Shown here one piece after another: positions 49,850 through 60,603 of a stretch of 64,000 bases of DNA (position 1 is its first letter; every line of letters begins with the position of its first letter). Both the position numbers and the translations under genes were made by a program. The stretch spans positions 1 to 64,000 of the forward strand of contig CAXXVK010000060.1 in assembly GCA_963676915.2 (NCBI GenBank). The letters are read 5' to 3'. The notes under the pieces were generated by a model. That model was not told where the DNA came from. It saw only the letters and a program-made list of their open reading frames with translations, and searched no databases. This DNA comes from Myxococcota bacterium. GTDB lineage: Bacteria > Myxococcota_A > SURF-8 > G963663525.

Positions 49850-52015
49850 TTAAAACGGTTTGAAATCTTCGTCGAGTTCGTCGGCATCCATATCAAGAAC
49901 CACTTTGGGTTCGATCAGACTTTTTGACGATCCGTTCTTTCGTGGTGTTTTCGCTTTCGGAGTTTGCGCAGATCTTGAAAACTTTGCCGCTTTCGCCGGT
50001 TTTCGTTCCCGAGTCTTCAGAGTCTCTTCTTTGAGCAGGAAGAAAGATGCCTGATCCTTGAGGCTTTCGGCCTGTCCGGAAAGCTCTTCGCTGGTCGCCG
50101 ACATTTCCTCGGTGGACGACGCATTGCGCTGCACCACGACATCCAGTTGGTTCAACGATGCCGAAATCTGGTTCGCTCCCACCGACATCTCACCGGAGGC
50201 CGCTGAAATCTCTTTGACCAACTCTGCCGTTTTCTGAATGCCGGGTACGATGTCGTCGAGCAGGCTTCCGGCCAACTCGGCAACCTCGACGCTGGAAACG
50301 GACATCTCGCTGATCTGTTTGGCGGCGATCTGGCTGCGTTCAGCCAGCTTGCGCACTTCGGCGGCAACAACGGCAAAGCCTTTGCCATGCTCTCCGGCGC
50401 GGGCGGCTTCGATGGCGGCGTTCAACGCCAGCATGTTCGTCTGGCGTGCAATCTCTTCGATAATATTGATCTTTTCGGCGATCATTCTCATGGCTTCGAC
50501 CGTCTCCCCGACGGATTTTCCACCCGAGATAGCGTCGCTCGCGGCTTTTTCGGCAATCGCCGCCGTTTGGTGGGCATTGTCGGCGTTTTGCTTGACGGAA
50601 CTGCTCATTTCCTCCATCGAGCTGGAAATCTCCTCGATGCTCGATGCCTGTTCCGAAGCGCCCTCCGCAATGCTTTGCGCTCCGTCGTTCATCTGCTCGG
50701 AAACGATGGCGACCTGGTCCGAAGCGGTCTGAACCTGCTCTACCACTCCTCGAAGATTTTCGATCATCTCTTTCAAAGCAAGAGACAGACTGTCTTTCTC
50801 GGAACGCGGAACGATATCTTTTCGTAAATCGCCTTTCGCCACTTCGGAGGCCAGCGCCGCCATTTCTCGCTGCGATTCGACCATTTTCAACAAAGAGTGC
50901 GACAAACTGTCTTTGTCGGAACGGGCTTCCACATCGTTCGTGAGATCGCCCAATGCGATATTCTCCACGAGATCCGCCATATCCCGCTGCGCTTCCACCA
51001 TCAGAGAAAGCGATTGAGCCAGCTCGTCCTTTTCGGAACGCGGCTCGACATCGCGGGTCAGGTCGCCTTTGGCAATATCCTTGACGATCTGCGCCATGTC
51101 CCGTTCGGCTTCGATCATGTTTTTCAGAGAATGGCTCAAAACATCCTCTTTCGAACGTGGCACAGCGTCTCGCGAAAGATCGCCCAGGGAGACACCTTCG
51201 ACCAGCTCAGCCATTTCTTTTTGCGTACCGATCATGGTCTGGAATGCCGTACCGAGCTGCCCGATTTCGTCTTTCGAGGTGACCTCCAGGCTTTGGTCGA
51301 TGTTACCGACGGCAAGTTCCTTCGCGACGGCAGCCATCTTGGAAATGGGGCGGGAAATGCCGCGAACCAGCAGGAAACCGAACAAAATGCTCAAGAAAAT
51401 ACTGGCCATGATCACGTAGTAGGAAGCGCTACGAATTCGCTCGGAGGATTCGACGCTTTTCGTATACTTGGCCTCGGCTCCCTGCAAGAAAACACCCGTC
51501 AGGTTGTCCATGGCTTTCCGAACGGTCGAGAACCGCTTGTTGTAGTCCCCCAGATAGAGAGCATAAGCGGCCTGATGCTCCCCTTTTTGCAGGAACTTTA
51601 TGATTTTCTGTGTATTTTCGGCCCATAAATCATAATCTTCGTGAAAATTGGAAAAATCCTCGGTTTTATCGGTACCGGTTTTTTCCCAAAGTTTTTCAGC
51701 TTTGTTGAATCGTTCCTTGACCTGGTTCAGGTTGTCCAGAACATCTTCGAGATGGGACACCTGCTCTCCCTGTTCACCGTGCATTTCCTGGTTGATCCAA
51801 TGACTTACGGCGATGCTGGACTGGTAGGCGTCGCGGTCGGCTTCGATCAGGTAATCCACGCTGAGCAGATTGATTTTGTACATCTGCCCCACATCCAGAC
51901 CGATTTCGGTATTTCGTTCGAGAATATACAGAAGGCCACCGACGTAAGTAGCGATGATCGTTGAAAGAATCAAAATAATTTTCGTTCTGACTTTCAGATT
52001 TTTCAGTACATTCAT
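49850..52015 (-). CDS. Methyl-accepting chemotaxis protein (4HB sensor, poly-HAMP, signalling domain)
   Basis: Two TM helices, [13 protein letters not shown], four 39-aa HAMP-like repeats, [41 protein letters not shown]-terminal pentapeptide-like DFKPF. Confidence 0.95.
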   Translation of the reverse strand: MNVLKNLKVRTKIILILSTIIATYVGGLLYILERNTEIGLDVGQMYKINLLSVDYLIEADRDAYQSSIAVSHWINQEMHGEQGEQVSHLEDVLDNLNQVKERFNKAEKLWEKTGTDKTEDFSNFHEDYDLWAENTQKIIKFLQKGEHQAAYALYLGDYNKRFSTVRKAMDNLTGVFLQGAEAKYTKSVESSERIRSASYYVIMASIFLSILFGFLLVRGISRPISKMAAVAKELAVGNIDQSLEVTSKDEIGQLGTAFQTMIGTQKEMAELVEGVSLGDLSRDAVPRSKEDVLSHSLKNMIEAERDMAQIVKDIAKGDLTRDVEPRSEKDELAQSLSLMVEAQRDMADLVENIALGDLTNDVEARSDKDSLSHSLLKMVESQREMAALASEVAKGDLRKDIVPRSEKDSLSLALKEMIENLRGVVEQVQTASDQVAIVSEQMNDGAQSIAEGASEQASSIEEISSSMEEMSSSVKQNADNAHQTAAIAEKAASDAISGGKSVGETVEAMRMIAEKINIIEEIARQTNMLALNAAIEAARAGEHGKGFAVVAAEVRKLAERSQIAAKQISEMSVSSVEVAELAGSLLDDIVPGIQKTAELVKEISAASGEMSVGANQISASLNQLDVVVQRNASSTEEMSATSEELSGQAESLKDQASFFLLKEETLKTRERKPAKAAKFSRSAQTPKAKTPRKNGSSKSLIEPKVVLDMDADELDEDFKPF

Positions 52016-52416
52016 CCTTGAAGCCTTTCCCTTGTTGCAACTCCGTCCATGTCGCATTCACTCCATAAATGTGCCCACGGAAAAACCGACGATCCCGACG
52101 ATCCTCGGCTCAATAAGCGACCCAAAAATAAAAAACGGCAGCTCTGTCACGCGCAAAAGGTTCGAACTTGAATATTCGAACATTTGATTCGTCACGCTAT
52201 GAATTGAAATCGACCTATTTGGAGAAACTTGACCCTTATGTGACAGAAAACATAACTTTTGGTGAAATCATTCAACATCGTTTGGAAGACCAATCACTCT
52301 GGAAATCTTTGCTCCCCGTTTTCAAGCAATGTTCCGTTTGCAATTCCCAACTTGCTTCGTTAGACTGCTTCCGTTTCCGAAACGCTTCCACCCAACTTCA
52401 TAAGGATTTCGACGCC

Positions 52417-53661
52417 ATGGAACGCATCGAACGCATTGAGCTGTTTCACCTGGATGTCCCGCTGGATACTCCGTTTTATCCGTCCTGGATTCCCGGATAC
52501 CCGCAAACCCACGTGAAAACCACGCTGATTCGCCTGACGACGTCCGGCGGACTCGTCGGCATCGCCTCCGGGGCGGCGTTCGGCCACGAACGACAGGGAT
52601 TGGGAGATCTGCTCGGCAACTTTCTGCTCGGCGTTCGGGCGGATGATCTGGAAACGGTGCGCAAACGGTTGCGGGAGGCGTCATATCTAGGCTGGCGCAA
52701 CTGGTGGATCGAAAACGCTTTTTGGGATCTGATCGGCCAGATAAAAGGCAAACCTGTCTATAAACTTCTACAACAAACGGAAGAAACCGTCGAAACCGTG
52801 CCGGTGTATGCCTCTAGCGGAGAACTCCAACCGATCGACCAAAGGAAACGCTGGCTCGACGATATCCGCGCCAAAGGATTCAAAGCGGCGAAAATTCGCG
52901 TCAAAGACCCCGAGCGCAAAGACGACACCACCATTCTCGAACAGGTGCGAAAAGAAGTCGGCGACGATTTCGTGCTCGGTGTGGACGCCAACCAGGGCTG
53001 GCCGGTATCGATTTTCGACCCAACACCACCCTGGGATCTGGAATACGCCACAAACTTCGGCAAAGCCTGCGACGAGCTGGGTATGGCGTGGATCGAAGAA
53101 CCGTTGTTCATGCACGACTGGGACGGTATGGCCGAGTTGCGGCGACGAATCAAGACGCCTCTATCCGGTGGCGAACTGCACGGCGACTGGCACGAGGTTC
53201 GTCCACTGTTCGAGCATGAATGCCTCGACAAATACCAACCGGACGCCACGTTTTGCGGTGGACTGACGGTTTCGAAACGCATCATGGAAGAATGCCGCAA
53301 ACGAAACCTGCATTTTTCCCCACATACCTGGACCAACGGCATCGGGCTGGTGATCAACCTGCACGCCTTCGCCGCTTGGGAACATCGTGATTACCTGGAA
53401 TTTCCCTACGAACCGCCCGGATGGATTCCGAAATACCGGGACGGGGGAATCGTTCCAATCGAGGTTCGAAACGGAGAGATCAGAGTTCCGCAAGAACCGG
53501 GACTCGGATTGCAACTGGACCCGCTGGCACTCAAAAAGGTCGCCAAACGCTTTTACATCGCCACACCGTTTCGTGTCGCTTTGCGAACGATACGTGAAAA
53601 GGGATTGAAGACCGCGTTGGAATTGAAAAAACAGAAGGAGACCATGGCACGGAAACAGTAA
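52417..53661 (+). CDS. Mandelate racemase/muconate lactonizing enzyme family (enolase superfamily)
   Basis: AFWDLIGQ..GKPVYKLL, PVYAS, KIR, VDANQG, WIEEP, GGE, QPD, PHTW, LEFP, PGLG. Confidence 0.88.
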   Translation: MERIERIELFHLDVPLDTPFYPSWIPGYPQTHVKTTLIRLTTSGGLVGIASGAAFGHERQGLGDLLGNFLLGVRADDLETVRKRLREASYLGWRNWWIENAFWDLIGQIKGKPVYKLLQQTEETVETVPVYASSGELQPIDQRKRWLDDIRAKGFKAAKIRVKDPERKDDTTILEQVRKEVGDDFVLGVDANQGWPVSIFDPTPPWDLEYATNFGKACDELGMAWIEEPLFMHDWDGMAELRRRIKTPLSGGELHGDWHEVRPLFEHECLDKYQPDATFCGGLTVSKRIMEECRKRNLHFSPHTWTNGIGLVINLHAFAAWEHRDYLEFPYEPPGWIPKYRDGGIVPIEVRNGEIRVPQEPGLGLQLDPLALKKVAKRFYIATPFRVALRTIREKGLKTALELKKQKETMARKQ

Positions 53662-53698
53662 ACGTTTCGCTGTGTTTTGAAGGGTTTACGAAAAAATC

Positions 53699-53723
53699 GT
53701 AGGCCCGGTGATTTTCCCCGACA
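53699..53723. repeat. Degenerate single family A REP
   Basis: GTAGGCCCGGTGATTTTCCCCGACA between convergent genes; flanks resemble 1795-1826 in reverse orientation. Confidence 0.6.
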
Positions 53724-53736
53724 TTTTACAGAAATA

Positions 53737-55209
53737 TCATCGTCTCCAGAATTCGGGAACGAGCAGAATCAGCAGTGTGTAAATTTCCAATCGTCCCAGC
53801 AACATACAGACGATCAACAGCCACTTGCCCAGTATGGGCATATGAGCGAAATGGTTGGTCGGTCCTACCTCTCCCAGTCCCGGACCCACGTTCCCCAAGG
53901 CGGTCGCCGCCGCCGTCAACGACGTGATGAAATCGTAGTTCATCATCGAAAGCGCCGCCGCCGTTACGAGGAAAAACAGCAGGTAGAGCATCAGAAATCC
54001 GACGACCGAGGAGAGCACGTCTTCCTGAACCGTTCGTTGAGACACTTTTATCGGCATCACGGCGCGGGGGTGAATCAGCAAAAACAGGTTGCGATAGGCC
54101 AACTTGGCGACCAGCCAGAGACGAATGATCTTCACACCACCGCTCGTGGAACCGGCCATACCGCCGGTGAACATCAACAAGAAGCAGAAATACGTCAGCG
54201 CCGGAACCGTTTGTCCCCAGGCTTCGAAATCCGCCGAATTGTAGCCGGTGGTGGTAGCGAGTGACAACACCTGGAAAGCCGCATACCGCAGGCTGTCCCA
54301 TACGGAATCATACACTCCACCCCACGAAAGCAACCCCGTGAAGAGGAGGATCATTCCGAAAATCAGACCAAGATAGACCCTGAATTCGTGATCGTCCCAT
54401 ACCGCGCTCCATCTCCTGCGACGCAACCAGGCGTAATGCAAGGTGAAATTCATCCCGGCAAACCCCATGAACACGATAAAGATAATGTCCGTCCAGACGT
54501 TTCCGAGCGTCATCAAGGAATCATCCTGTGTTCCGAATCCACCGGTGGCCATGGTGGTGAAGGAATGGCAGATGGCATCGAACCCCGAAAAGCCTGCAAT
54601 GAAAAGCAACAGGGCTTCGGCCAACGTCAGTCCAAGGTAAATCGCCCACAACGCAATCGCCGTATCTTTGATGCGCGGCAGCAGTTTGTCGGCTGTGGGA
54701 CCGGGAACCTCGGCCTTGAAAAGCTGCATTCCTCCAACGCCCAATAACGGCAGAATCGCCAGCGCCAGCACGATGATTCCCATGCCTCCATACCATTGTA
54801 TGATGCTACGCCACCACAACGTGGCGCGAGGCAGGATGTCGATGTCGGTGAGAATCGTGGAACCTGTTGTCGTGAATCCCGAAACGGACTCGAACATTGC
54901 GCTCGTCACACCGCCGAATTCCGGCTGCAAGGCGAAGGGAATGGAACCGAACAGACAGGCCGTTGCCCAACTGAGACTGACCACCAGAAATCCATCACGA
55001 TGCGAGAGGTCGCCATGGGCACGGCGTAAGAAAAAAAACAGTACGGTGTTGAGAACCAACGTCACGAACAATCCGATAGCGAAAGCGGAAACGTCGCGGC
55101 TGCCATCGTATACGGCAATCCCCAACGGAATCACCATCGTGGCTCCGATAAAGGCGTTTTGAAGCGAAAGAATGCGAAGTATTTGGAAAATGCGTAAAGA
55201 CGACGACAC
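53737..55209 (-). CDS. trkH: TrkH potassium uptake membrane protein
   Basis: FESVSGFTTTGST, QWYGGMGIIV, ATGGF, TTTGY, GSTSGGVK, LGNVGPG, GRLEI; GTG start at 55209 with GGGAG RBS. Confidence 0.95.
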   Translation of the reverse strand: MSSSLRIFQILRILSLQNAFIGATMVIPLGIAVYDGSRDVSAFAIGLFVTLVLNTVLFFFLRRAHGDLSHRDGFLVVSLSWATACLFGSIPFALQPEFGGVTSAMFESVSGFTTTGSTILTDIDILPRATLWWRSIIQWYGGMGIIVLALAILPLLGVGGMQLFKAEVPGPTADKLLPRIKDTAIALWAIYLGLTLAEALLLFIAGFSGFDAICHSFTTMATGGFGTQDDSLMTLGNVWTDIIFIVFMGFAGMNFTLHYAWLRRRRWSAVWDDHEFRVYLGLIFGMILLFTGLLSWGGVYDSVWDSLRYAAFQVLSLATTTGYNSADFEAWGQTVPALTYFCFLLMFTGGMAGSTSGGVKIIRLWLVAKLAYRNLFLLIHPRAVMPIKVSQRTVQEDVLSSVVGFLMLYLLFFLVTAAALSMMNYDFITSLTAAATALGNVGPGLGEVGPTNHFAHMPILGKWLLIVCMLLGRLEIYTLLILLVPEFWRR

Positions 55210-55592
55210 CGTGCTCCCCGTTCGAGTTTCATAAACGTAAAAACTCTTGTACTCGATTTTCCTCAAATCCACAATGTCACGATTGAAACGAACGGAAATG
55301 AACCCGATTTGAAAGTTTACAGGTAACCCGGAAAATTCATGAAAAACCTGCTGCGACTTGAAAATCCTCGATCTTTCACTTGTTTCACAATTTTTTATAC
55401 TCAACATACTATCAAGTATGCCTCCGTTAAAAAATCGTTCCAACTTCGCGAAATATCGTCGGTTTTCGGCGTCTCGTGACGATTTCTCATGAATTATCCG
55501 GGCTAAGGAAAACCGATATTCCCCTAAACACGAATCATTCATGAGGATAGTTGCGAGACGAATAAAACCATTAAGATTTCAATAGGTTAAAA

Positions 55593-58268
55593 CTAGTGAG
55601 CCTCGTCCCAGTTGTCGCCCACACCGATGTCCACGGTCAGCGGGATGTCCAGTTCGGCGGCTCCTTCCATCGTCTCGCGGACCATCTCTTTTGTAGCGTC
55701 GAGACGGTCTTCGGGTACTTCGAACACCAACTCGTCGTGTACCTGCATGATCATCCGAACGTCCGAAAAGTCGTCGGTCAGACGACTATCTATAGTGGCC
55801 ATGGCCCGCTTGATGATATCGGCGCTGGTGCCCTGGATCGGGGCGTTGATCGCCACCCGTTCGGCATATCCGCGACGTTGGGCATTTTTAGCCTGAAGAT
55901 CCGGTAAGGGTACTCGCCGCCCGAACAGCGTGAACACCGCGCCTTTTTCCTTACCCTCTTCCCGTTGCCGGTCCATCCAAGCCTTTACACCGTGATACCG
56001 TAGGAAGTAGTCGTCGATAAAGCGTTTCGCCTCGGCGCGGGTAATTCCCAACTCTTCGGAAAGACCATGCGGCGTTTTGCCGTACATCAGGCCGAAATTG
56101 ATGGCTTTGGCCCGTCGTCGCAGTTCGGATGTGATGCCACCCAAGCCACCGAAAATCTCCGCCGCCGTGCGGGAATGCACATCCTCGCCGTTACGGAACG
56201 ACTCCAGTAACAGCGGATCTTGTGCCAGATGCGCCATGATGCGTAACTCCACCTGGGAATAGTCGGCGCAAAGCAGTTTATGACCGGGATCGGGGATGAA
56301 AGCCGCTCGGATCATTCGTCCCTGCTCGGTACGAACGGGAATGTTTTGCAGGTTCGGTTCCGAGGAACTCAGTCGTCCGGTCATCGCCACAGTCTGGTTG
56401 TAGCTGGTGTGAATCCGGCCGGTGTCGGGACGAATCAGTCGTACGAGCGCTTCTGTATAGGTGGATTTCAGCTTGGCCACGGCGCGATAATCGAGAATCA
56501 GTTGAGGTAAGTCATGGTAAAGAGCCAGTTTTTCCAAAACAGACTGGTCGGTGGAATAGCCGGTCGAAGTCTTGCGCAACGGCTTCATGCCGAGCTTGTC
56601 GAAAAGAATATGCTGCAATTGCTGAGGCGAGTTGATGAGAAATTCCTCTCCGGCCTCGGCCCAGATTTTTTCTTGAAAGCGTTCCAGGTGTCCTTCGAAA
56701 TCCCTCGATAATTCTTCGAGTTGTTCCCGGTCCACCCGGACTCCCCAACCTTCCATTCGCGCCAGCACGGAAACCAGGGGACGCTCGATCGTCTCGTACA
56801 AATCGTAAAGCTTTTCTTTTTCGGCTTTTTCCTTCAGTTTGTGAAACAGCCTCCAGGTGGCGTCGGAATCCTCGGCGGCATAACGCAGCGCCGTGTTTGT
56901 ATCGACATGATCGAAGGTGATCTGTTTTTTGCCTTTTCCGCAGACTTCTTCGAACGTGATCATCGAGTGTCCCAGCACGCTCAACGCCAAGGCATCCAGC
57001 CCATGAGCGCGGCGGGAGGGATCGAGCGCGTAACTGAGCAGCATCGAGTCATCGATACGGCCTCGAATCTCGACGCCTTCCGTGCGCAAAACCTCCAGGT
57101 CGAACTTGGCGTTCTGGGCGATCCAGGTTCGTTCCGGGTCATCGAACAGCGGACGCAATGCGTCGAGAACCGCTTGTTTTTCCAACTGTTTCGCCTGTTG
57201 ATGATCCACCGGTATGTAATAGGATTCGCCGTCCGCCGGAGAAAACGACAGCCCCACCAACAACCCGCTGTCGAACGGAATCTTCGAGCGGGTTTCGGTA
57301 TCGAAGGCGCAGACGGTCACGTCGTTCAGGCGTTTCAAAAGGGCTTCGAAGCGGGCTTCGTCGTCCACCAGGATATAGGCATCACGGTCCAAAACTGCCG
57401 TCTCTTCGGTCGTTTCCAATTGGGAAGCCAGTCGGGTGAACTCCATTTCCCGATAGAAGTCCACAAGGGTCTCCACAGCCGGACCGTTCCAGGCGATGTC
57501 TTCGGGTTTGAGCGGAAACTCCACGTCGGTGTCGATGGTTACCAGCGTTTTGGACAACCGGGCCTGATCGGCGAAGTTTTCGAGGTTTTCCTTGCGTTTT
57601 TTGCCTTTCACCTCGTCGAGACACGACAACACACCCTCGATGGAACCGAACTGCTGAATCAATTGCATGGCGGTTTTTTCGCCGACACCGGGTACGCCGG
57701 GCACGTTGTCCGAGCTGTCCCCGGCCAGTCCCAGAACCTCGATGACTTTTTCCGGCTCGACGCCGAAACGCTCTTTCACCTCTTCGATGCCGATGGTCTT
57801 GTTTTTCCAGGTATCAAGCAGAGTTACACGCTCGTTGACGAGTTGCATCAGATCCTTGTCGCTGGTGACGATGCGCACGGGATGCCCCGCCTCGCTGAAA
57901 CGCCGGGCGAGCGTACCCAAAAGGTCGTCGGCCTCGTAGTTTTCTTTTTCGAGAATTTTCAGCCCCATAGCTTTGGCCAACTGCTGAACGAGCGCGAACT
58001 GCGGCACGAGATCCTCGGGAGGATCGGGGCGGTGGCCTTTGTAATCGGGATAAAGCTCGGTGCGGAACGAGCGGCGAGACACGTCGAACACGAGGCCGAG
58101 GTAGCGGGGCGAGGTGTCCTGGATCAACTTGGTCAACATTTGCGCCACACCGAAAACCGCGTTGGTGGGTTGTCCTTTGGAATTCGTCAGGTTGGAACGA
58201 ATTGCGTAATAGGCGCGAAAGATGAACCCGCTGACATCGACGAGAAAGATTTCCGGTTTGTCTTGCAT
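55593..58268 (-). CDS. polA: DNA polymerase I
   Basis: 5' nuclease (LVD..FRAYYA, EADD, GDSSDNVPGVPGVGEKTA), 3'-5' exonuclease (FDTET, YAAEDS), polymerase (TGRLSSSEPNLQNIP, DYSQVELR, KAINFGLMYG, QVHDEL); GGAGG RBS. Confidence 0.98.
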   Translation of the reverse strand: MQDKPEIFLVDVSGFIFRAYYAIRSNLTNSKGQPTNAVFGVAQMLTKLIQDTSPRYLGLVFDVSRRSFRTELYPDYKGHRPDPPEDLVPQFALVQQLAKAMGLKILEKENYEADDLLGTLARRFSEAGHPVRIVTSDKDLMQLVNERVTLLDTWKNKTIGIEEVKERFGVEPEKVIEVLGLAGDSSDNVPGVPGVGEKTAMQLIQQFGSIEGVLSCLDEVKGKKRKENLENFADQARLSKTLVTIDTDVEFPLKPEDIAWNGPAVETLVDFYREMEFTRLASQLETTEETAVLDRDAYILVDDEARFEALLKRLNDVTVCAFDTETRSKIPFDSGLLVGLSFSPADGESYYIPVDHQQAKQLEKQAVLDALRPLFDDPERTWIAQNAKFDLEVLRTEGVEIRGRIDDSMLLSYALDPSRRAHGLDALALSVLGHSMITFEEVCGKGKKQITFDHVDTNTALRYAAEDSDATWRLFHKLKEKAEKEKLYDLYETIERPLVSVLARMEGWGVRVDREQLEELSRDFEGHLERFQEKIWAEAGEEFLINSPQQLQHILFDKLGMKPLRKTSTGYSTDQSVLEKLALYHDLPQLILDYRAVAKLKSTYTEALVRLIRPDTGRIHTSYNQTVAMTGRLSSSEPNLQNIPVRTEQGRMIRAAFIPDPGHKLLCADYSQVELRIMAHLAQDPLLLESFRNGEDVHSRTAAEIFGGLGGITSELRRRAKAINFGLMYGKTPHGLSEELGITRAEAKRFIDDYFLRYHGVKAWMDRQREEGKEKGAVFTLFGRRVPLPDLQAKNAQRRGYAERVAINAPIQGTSADIIKRAMATIDSRLTDDFSDVRMIMQVHDELVFEVPEDRLDATKEMVRETMEGAAELDIPLTVDIGVGDNWDEAH

Positions 58269-58296
58269 CGTGGCCTCCGGCTTGAAAGGAGACGCA

Positions 58297-58325
58297 AGTG
58301 TATGCGCTGGCGGAAAGTCGGTCAA
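58297..58325 (-). promoter_or_regulatory. sigma70 promoter of polA
   Basis: Minus strand TTGACC-17 nt-TACACT, ending 29 nt before ATG 58268. Confidence 0.7.
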
Positions 58326-58434
58326 GCCGAGGCGGGATTGGGTCTGAAATTTTCTTTCCGAAGTCGAACTTGCGAAAAGGTTTCGTTTGGGTGCAAACCA
58401 TGAGGAGCAGGTCGGGAGACTCAATGCAGTTTAC

Positions 58435-58562
58435 TCAGAGCTTATTTACGGGTGCCACGGTCTTCGATTCGAAGAATCGATGGCCGTGCAACCTATTGGA
58501 ATCTCACGGCCATTGCCTTCCAGGCAAAGACCGTGGCACTCTTGGTTGTGCACAAGCTTTGA
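58435..58562. repeat. GTGCCA-type REP doublet with outer imperfect TIRs
   Basis: Core GTGCCACGGTCTT..AAGACCGTGGCAC (58452-58539), spacer GTGCAACCTATTGGAA; outer ends TCAGAGCTTATTTAC / GTGCACAAGCTTTGA (11/15 complementary). Confidence 0.7.
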
Positions 58563-58604
58563 AAAAATGGGGGAAGTCCCAACCCCTTTGCAGTTGACCT
58601 TTTA

Positions 58605-58632
58605 GAAAGAGCAGGATTCAGTCCTGCTCTTT
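58605..58632 (-). terminator. Terminator after pilT
   Basis: AAAGAGCAGGA-TTCAG-TCCTGCTCTTT hairpin ~16 nt past the stop codon. Confidence 0.7.
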
Positions 58633-58647
58633 GCGGTACGAGCCTTA

Positions 58648-60462
58648 TTATTGTTCCATGGCATCCAGTTTCCGCACACGGATACGGTTTTTCTCGAAAG
58701 CTTCGGCGATGGAGATTTTATCCGGGGCTTTGGCGAACGCTTCCTCGGGAGTAACGATCTTTTTCTGCACGTAGCGCAGCAATTCTTCGTCCATGGTCCG
58801 CATTCCGTATTTTTTCCCCATCTGCATCTGAGAAAGAATCTGGTGGTTTTTGTTTTCACGGATCAGGTTCGAAATCGAATTGGTGACCATCAACACTTCC
58901 TGCGCGGCGACGCGCCCGCCTTCCTTGCGTTTCAGCAGGTTCTGGGCGATGACGGCTTTGAGCGAATCGGCCAGCGTGGTACGGACCTGGTCCTGCTGAT
59001 CCGAAGGGAAGATGTCGATCAGGCGGTCGATGGTGGCGATGGCCGTGGTCGTATGCAGCGTTCCGAAAACGAGGTGGCCCGTTTCGGCGGTTTCCATGGC
59101 GATCGACACGGTTTCGAGGTCGCGCATTTCACCGACAAGCACGATGTCGGGGTCTTCACGCAAGGCCGCTCGAAGGGCCGATTTGAAACCGTCGGTGTGT
59201 GTACGAACTTCGCGTTGATTTACCAGACATTTGATGTTCTCGTGCACGAATTCGATCGGGTCTTCAATGGTGATGATGTGGTCCGAGCGCGTCCGGTTGG
59301 CCACGTCGATAATCGCCGCAAGCGTGGTGGATTTACCCGAGCCGGTCGGTCCGGTAACCAGAACCAGTCCTTTGGACAACTGGGCGAGATTCTTTAGGTT
59401 TTCGCTCATGCCGAGCTGTTCGGCGGTGAGAATTTTATAAGGAATCTGCCGGAACACGGCACCCTTGCCATGACGGTCGCGGAAGTAGTTCACACGGAAA
59501 CGTCCGTAGCCTTTGATTTCGAAGGCGAAGTCCGTGTCGTTGGTGTCCTCGAATTCCGCACGGTTGAGTTCGGGATCGATGGTTTGCAGGATCGCGTCCA
59601 TGTTTTCGGGCGTGATGACCGGATACTGCTCCTGTGTCTGCATTTCGCCATCGATACGGTAAATCGGTTTGGCATTGCTGGAAATGTGGAGGTCGGAAGC
59701 TTTGAGTTCGATCATCCGCGACAACAGGTATTCGAGCGAAATGTCTTTGTTGGTGTTGGGATCGATCAACGGCTTTCCAGGCCACCGTACCGGACGTGCC
59801 CGTTTCGGCGGTTCGGGGTCCAATCCCTTGTATTTGTCATCTCCGGCAGCGATGACCACGCTTTGCTGCGCTCCACCTGCAGGGGCAGGTTGCATCCCGG
59901 CGGGAGGCGGTGGTTGAGCCGGACCCGGCGCTACCGGTGCCGGAGCCACAGGGGCAGCCACTTGACCGGGAGCGGGAGCCGATGGAGCGGGAACATCCCC
60001 GAAGGTCGAATCGTCCTCGACCATTTCCAGGCTCATGGAAACCGGTTCCGGGGACGGGGGTGGAGGAACGGGAGAGGATGACCCCATATCCGTTTGATGA
60101 TTGCGGTTGCCGACAGCTTTCAGGGCTTCCTGATCGTAGCGGTTGATTTCCTCGTCGGGAGTGGACCCCAACTCGTAGATCTGCCCTTTGATCATTTTCC
60201 CCTGCCAGAAAACCTTGATCTTGAACGTTTGGCTTTCATAGCTGTATTCGAAAAACGTACGGCCTTCTTTGCCGAGTTCGGTTTTGCTTTTCGCATCCAT
60301 CAACTCGGCCATGATCCGCTGGGCCTGTTTTTCTTTAAGAATTTCACCGATTTCCCGAGGGCCGGAGGTCGAAATGAATTTCGGTTTCGCTTCACCGCTG
60401 ATTTCCAGACAATACGCCCCGATTTGAGACATTACCCGCAAATAAGAATCGATATAAGCCAT
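58648..60462 (-). CDS. pilT: PilT-family pilus retraction ATPase with long N-terminal extension
   Basis: ASDLHIS, RFRVNYF, VTGPTGSGKSTTLAA, TIEDPIE, ALREDPDIVLVGEMRD, GHLVFGTLHT, SISNLIRE (AIRNLIRE-like); GAGGA RBS before ATG 60462. Confidence 0.92.
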   Translation of the reverse strand: MAYIDSYLRVMSQIGAYCLEISGEAKPKFISTSGPREIGEILKEKQAQRIMAELMDAKSKTELGKEGRTFFEYSYESQTFKIKVFWQGKMIKGQIYELGSTPDEEINRYDQEALKAVGNRNHQTDMGSSSPVPPPPSPEPVSMSLEMVEDDSTFGDVPAPSAPAPGQVAAPVAPAPVAPGPAQPPPPAGMQPAPAGGAQQSVVIAAGDDKYKGLDPEPPKRARPVRWPGKPLIDPNTNKDISLEYLLSRMIELKASDLHISSNAKPIYRIDGEMQTQEQYPVITPENMDAILQTIDPELNRAEFEDTNDTDFAFEIKGYGRFRVNYFRDRHGKGAVFRQIPYKILTAEQLGMSENLKNLAQLSKGLVLVTGPTGSGKSTTLAAIIDVANRTRSDHIITIEDPIEFVHENIKCLVNQREVRTHTDGFKSALRAALREDPDIVLVGEMRDLETVSIAMETAETGHLVFGTLHTTTAIATIDRLIDIFPSDQQDQVRTTLADSLKAVIAQNLLKRKEGGRVAAQEVLMVTNSISNLIRENKNHQILSQMQMGKKYGMRTMDEELLRYVQKKIVTPEEAFAKAPDKISIAEAFEKNRIRVRKLDAMEQ

Positions 60463-60603
60463 ACTCGTCCTCATTTCCTTGTTTTGAAAAGAAGGCCGTA
60501 CCAAACGAAACCGGCGTCATCCAAAATCTAACGTCCAGATTGTTACCCGCCCGTTCAGATCTATTGTGAAAACCATGGAAAACGTCGAGGGTATTTTCCC
60601 CAA

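Noticed and set aside
55210-55542. 111-aa N-terminal extension of TrkH (likewise upstream extensions of polA, the enolase-family gene, sfsA and mltF in the ORF track)
   Set aside because: Better starts with RBS and/or promoters lie downstream; the extensions are open frames through intergenic DNA.
56721-58403. Long antisense ORFs (560 aa here; also 37670-39064, 39281-40423, 17841-19685, 1910-3040, 25702-26724)
   Set aside because: They mirror well-supported genes on the opposite strand and lack motifs; such shadow ORFs are expected from codon bias in GC-rich genes.
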